In this document: in pieces, positions 18,395-19,293 of the stretch
How the letters are laid out: every line of letters begins with the position of its first letter
Position numbering within the stretch: position 1 is the stretch's first letter
NCBI RefSeq assembly: GCF_000008565.1
Contig: NC_001263.1
Coordinates: 1,407,054 to 1,426,346 of the forward strand
Length of the DNA stretch: 19,293 nucleotides
Reading direction: 5' to 3'
Source: Deinococcus radiodurans R1 = ATCC 13939 = DSM 20539
Lineage (GTDB): Bacteria > Deinococcota > Deinococci > Deinococcales > Deinococcaceae
Notes under the pieces: model-generated
The model's input: only the letters and a program-made list of their open reading frames with translations
What the model was told of the DNA's origin: nothing
Databases searched by the model: none
Position numbers and translations under genes: made by a program

Positions 18395-19293
18395 TCAGTC
18401 GCGCCCGAACAGCTTGCCGATCTTGCCGAACAGCCCCTCGTGTTCCTCGGGTACCTCGTCGCCCACAGCGCGGGCGTAGGCTTGCAGGGCGTCTTTTGCC
18501 TCGGCGTTGAGGTGCTTGGGGACCACAATTTCGTAATCGACAATCAGGTCGCCCGTGCCCGCGCCCTGGAGCCGGGGCATCCCCTGGCCGCGCAGACGGT
18601 GAAGTTCGCCGTGCTGGGTGCCGGGTTTGACCTCGACTTCCTGCGGGCCGTCGAGGGTGGGCACCTGGATGCGCCCGCCGAGCGCCGCCGTCGCAAAGCC
18701 GATGCGGGCGGGGAAAATCAGGTTCTCGTCCTGGCGGTGCAGTTCAGGGTGCGGCTCCATCTCGATATGCACGTAGAGGTCGCCGTTGCCGCCGGGGCCT
18801 TCGTTGCCCTGGCCCGCCACGCGGATGCGGTAACCCTCGTCGATGCCTTTGGGCAGCTTGACCTTGACCGGCTCGGACTTGAGGGTGCGCCCGCGCCCGT
18901 GGCAAACGGTGCAGGGGTCCACCACCATTTTGCCGTCGCCCTTACAGGTCGGGCAGACCTGCTGGGTTTCCACCACGCCGAAAATGGTGCGGGCTTGACC
19001 GCGCACGGCGCCGCTGCCGTTGCAGGTCGAGCAGGTGACGGGCGGCTTGCCGCCGGGTTCGGTGCGGGTGCCGTGGCAGTGCTCGCACTCGGTCAGGCGG
19101 TCCACCGTGACTTCGACTTCCTCGCCCGCGCGCGCCTGCTCGAGCGTAATACGCACTTCGGTTTCAAGGTCGTCGCCCCGCGCCGGGCCGCGCCGTCCGC
19201 GTCCACCCATGCCCGCCGCGCCGCCGAACAGCTGCTCGAAGATGTCCATGGGGTCGAAGCCCACGCCGCCCATGCCCCCCATCCCGCCGAAGG
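18395..19293 (-). CDS. dnaJ: molecular chaperone DnaJ, 3' portion; the J-domain lies beyond the right window edge
   Basis: It has a G/F-rich segment ([14 protein letters not shown]), four CxxCxGxG zinc-finger repeats ([32 protein letters not shown]) and the C-terminal substrate-binding domains. The frame stays open through 19293. Confidence 0.95.

Overview
High-GC (about two-thirds G+C) chromosomal DNA. The gene content points to a Deinococcus-type genome: Thermus/Deinococcus LysW-pathway genes lysK and lysZ, Pro/Ala-rich linkers, small palindromic intergenic repeats, and many starts with a -10 box directly upstream. This taxon call is inference. It reads as core genome, not a mobile island: I see no transposase, integrase, phage, CRISPR, tRNA or rRNA genes.

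Gene order, left to right:
- A minus-strand operon of three secreted or lipoprotein genes.
- A helical-repeat (DUF4034/Sel1-like) gene whose frame is broken.
- Carboxynorspermidine decarboxylase (nspC).
- A minus-strand unit: membrane-anchored hypothetical protein, then lysK, then an SLC13/DASS permease with two TrkA-C domains.
- A PatA/YgjG-like class-III aminotransferase.
- A hypothetical gene.
- A minus-strand envelope-themed cluster: TmrB-like P-loop protein, stand-alone receiver domain, class A PBP, thioredoxin-like secreted protein.
- lysZ.
- A small hypothetical gene, a tandem winged-helix protein, and the c-di-AMP receptor DarA/PstA.
- The 3' two-thirds of dnaJ.

Main points of interest:
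1. Two apparent frameshifts. One makes the PBP1A ORF read through into the next gene, giving a chimeric 1009-aa ORF.
2. Two families of MITE-like small repeats whose terminal inverted repeats contain or abut the stop codons of flanking genes.
3. A recurrent leaderless-type promoter layout (TAnnnT placed 6-8 nt before the start codon), which also resolves several start-codon choices.
4. Some uncharacterised gene neighbourhoods.

I found no compelling novel multi-gene system. The candidates below are modest and rest on inference.
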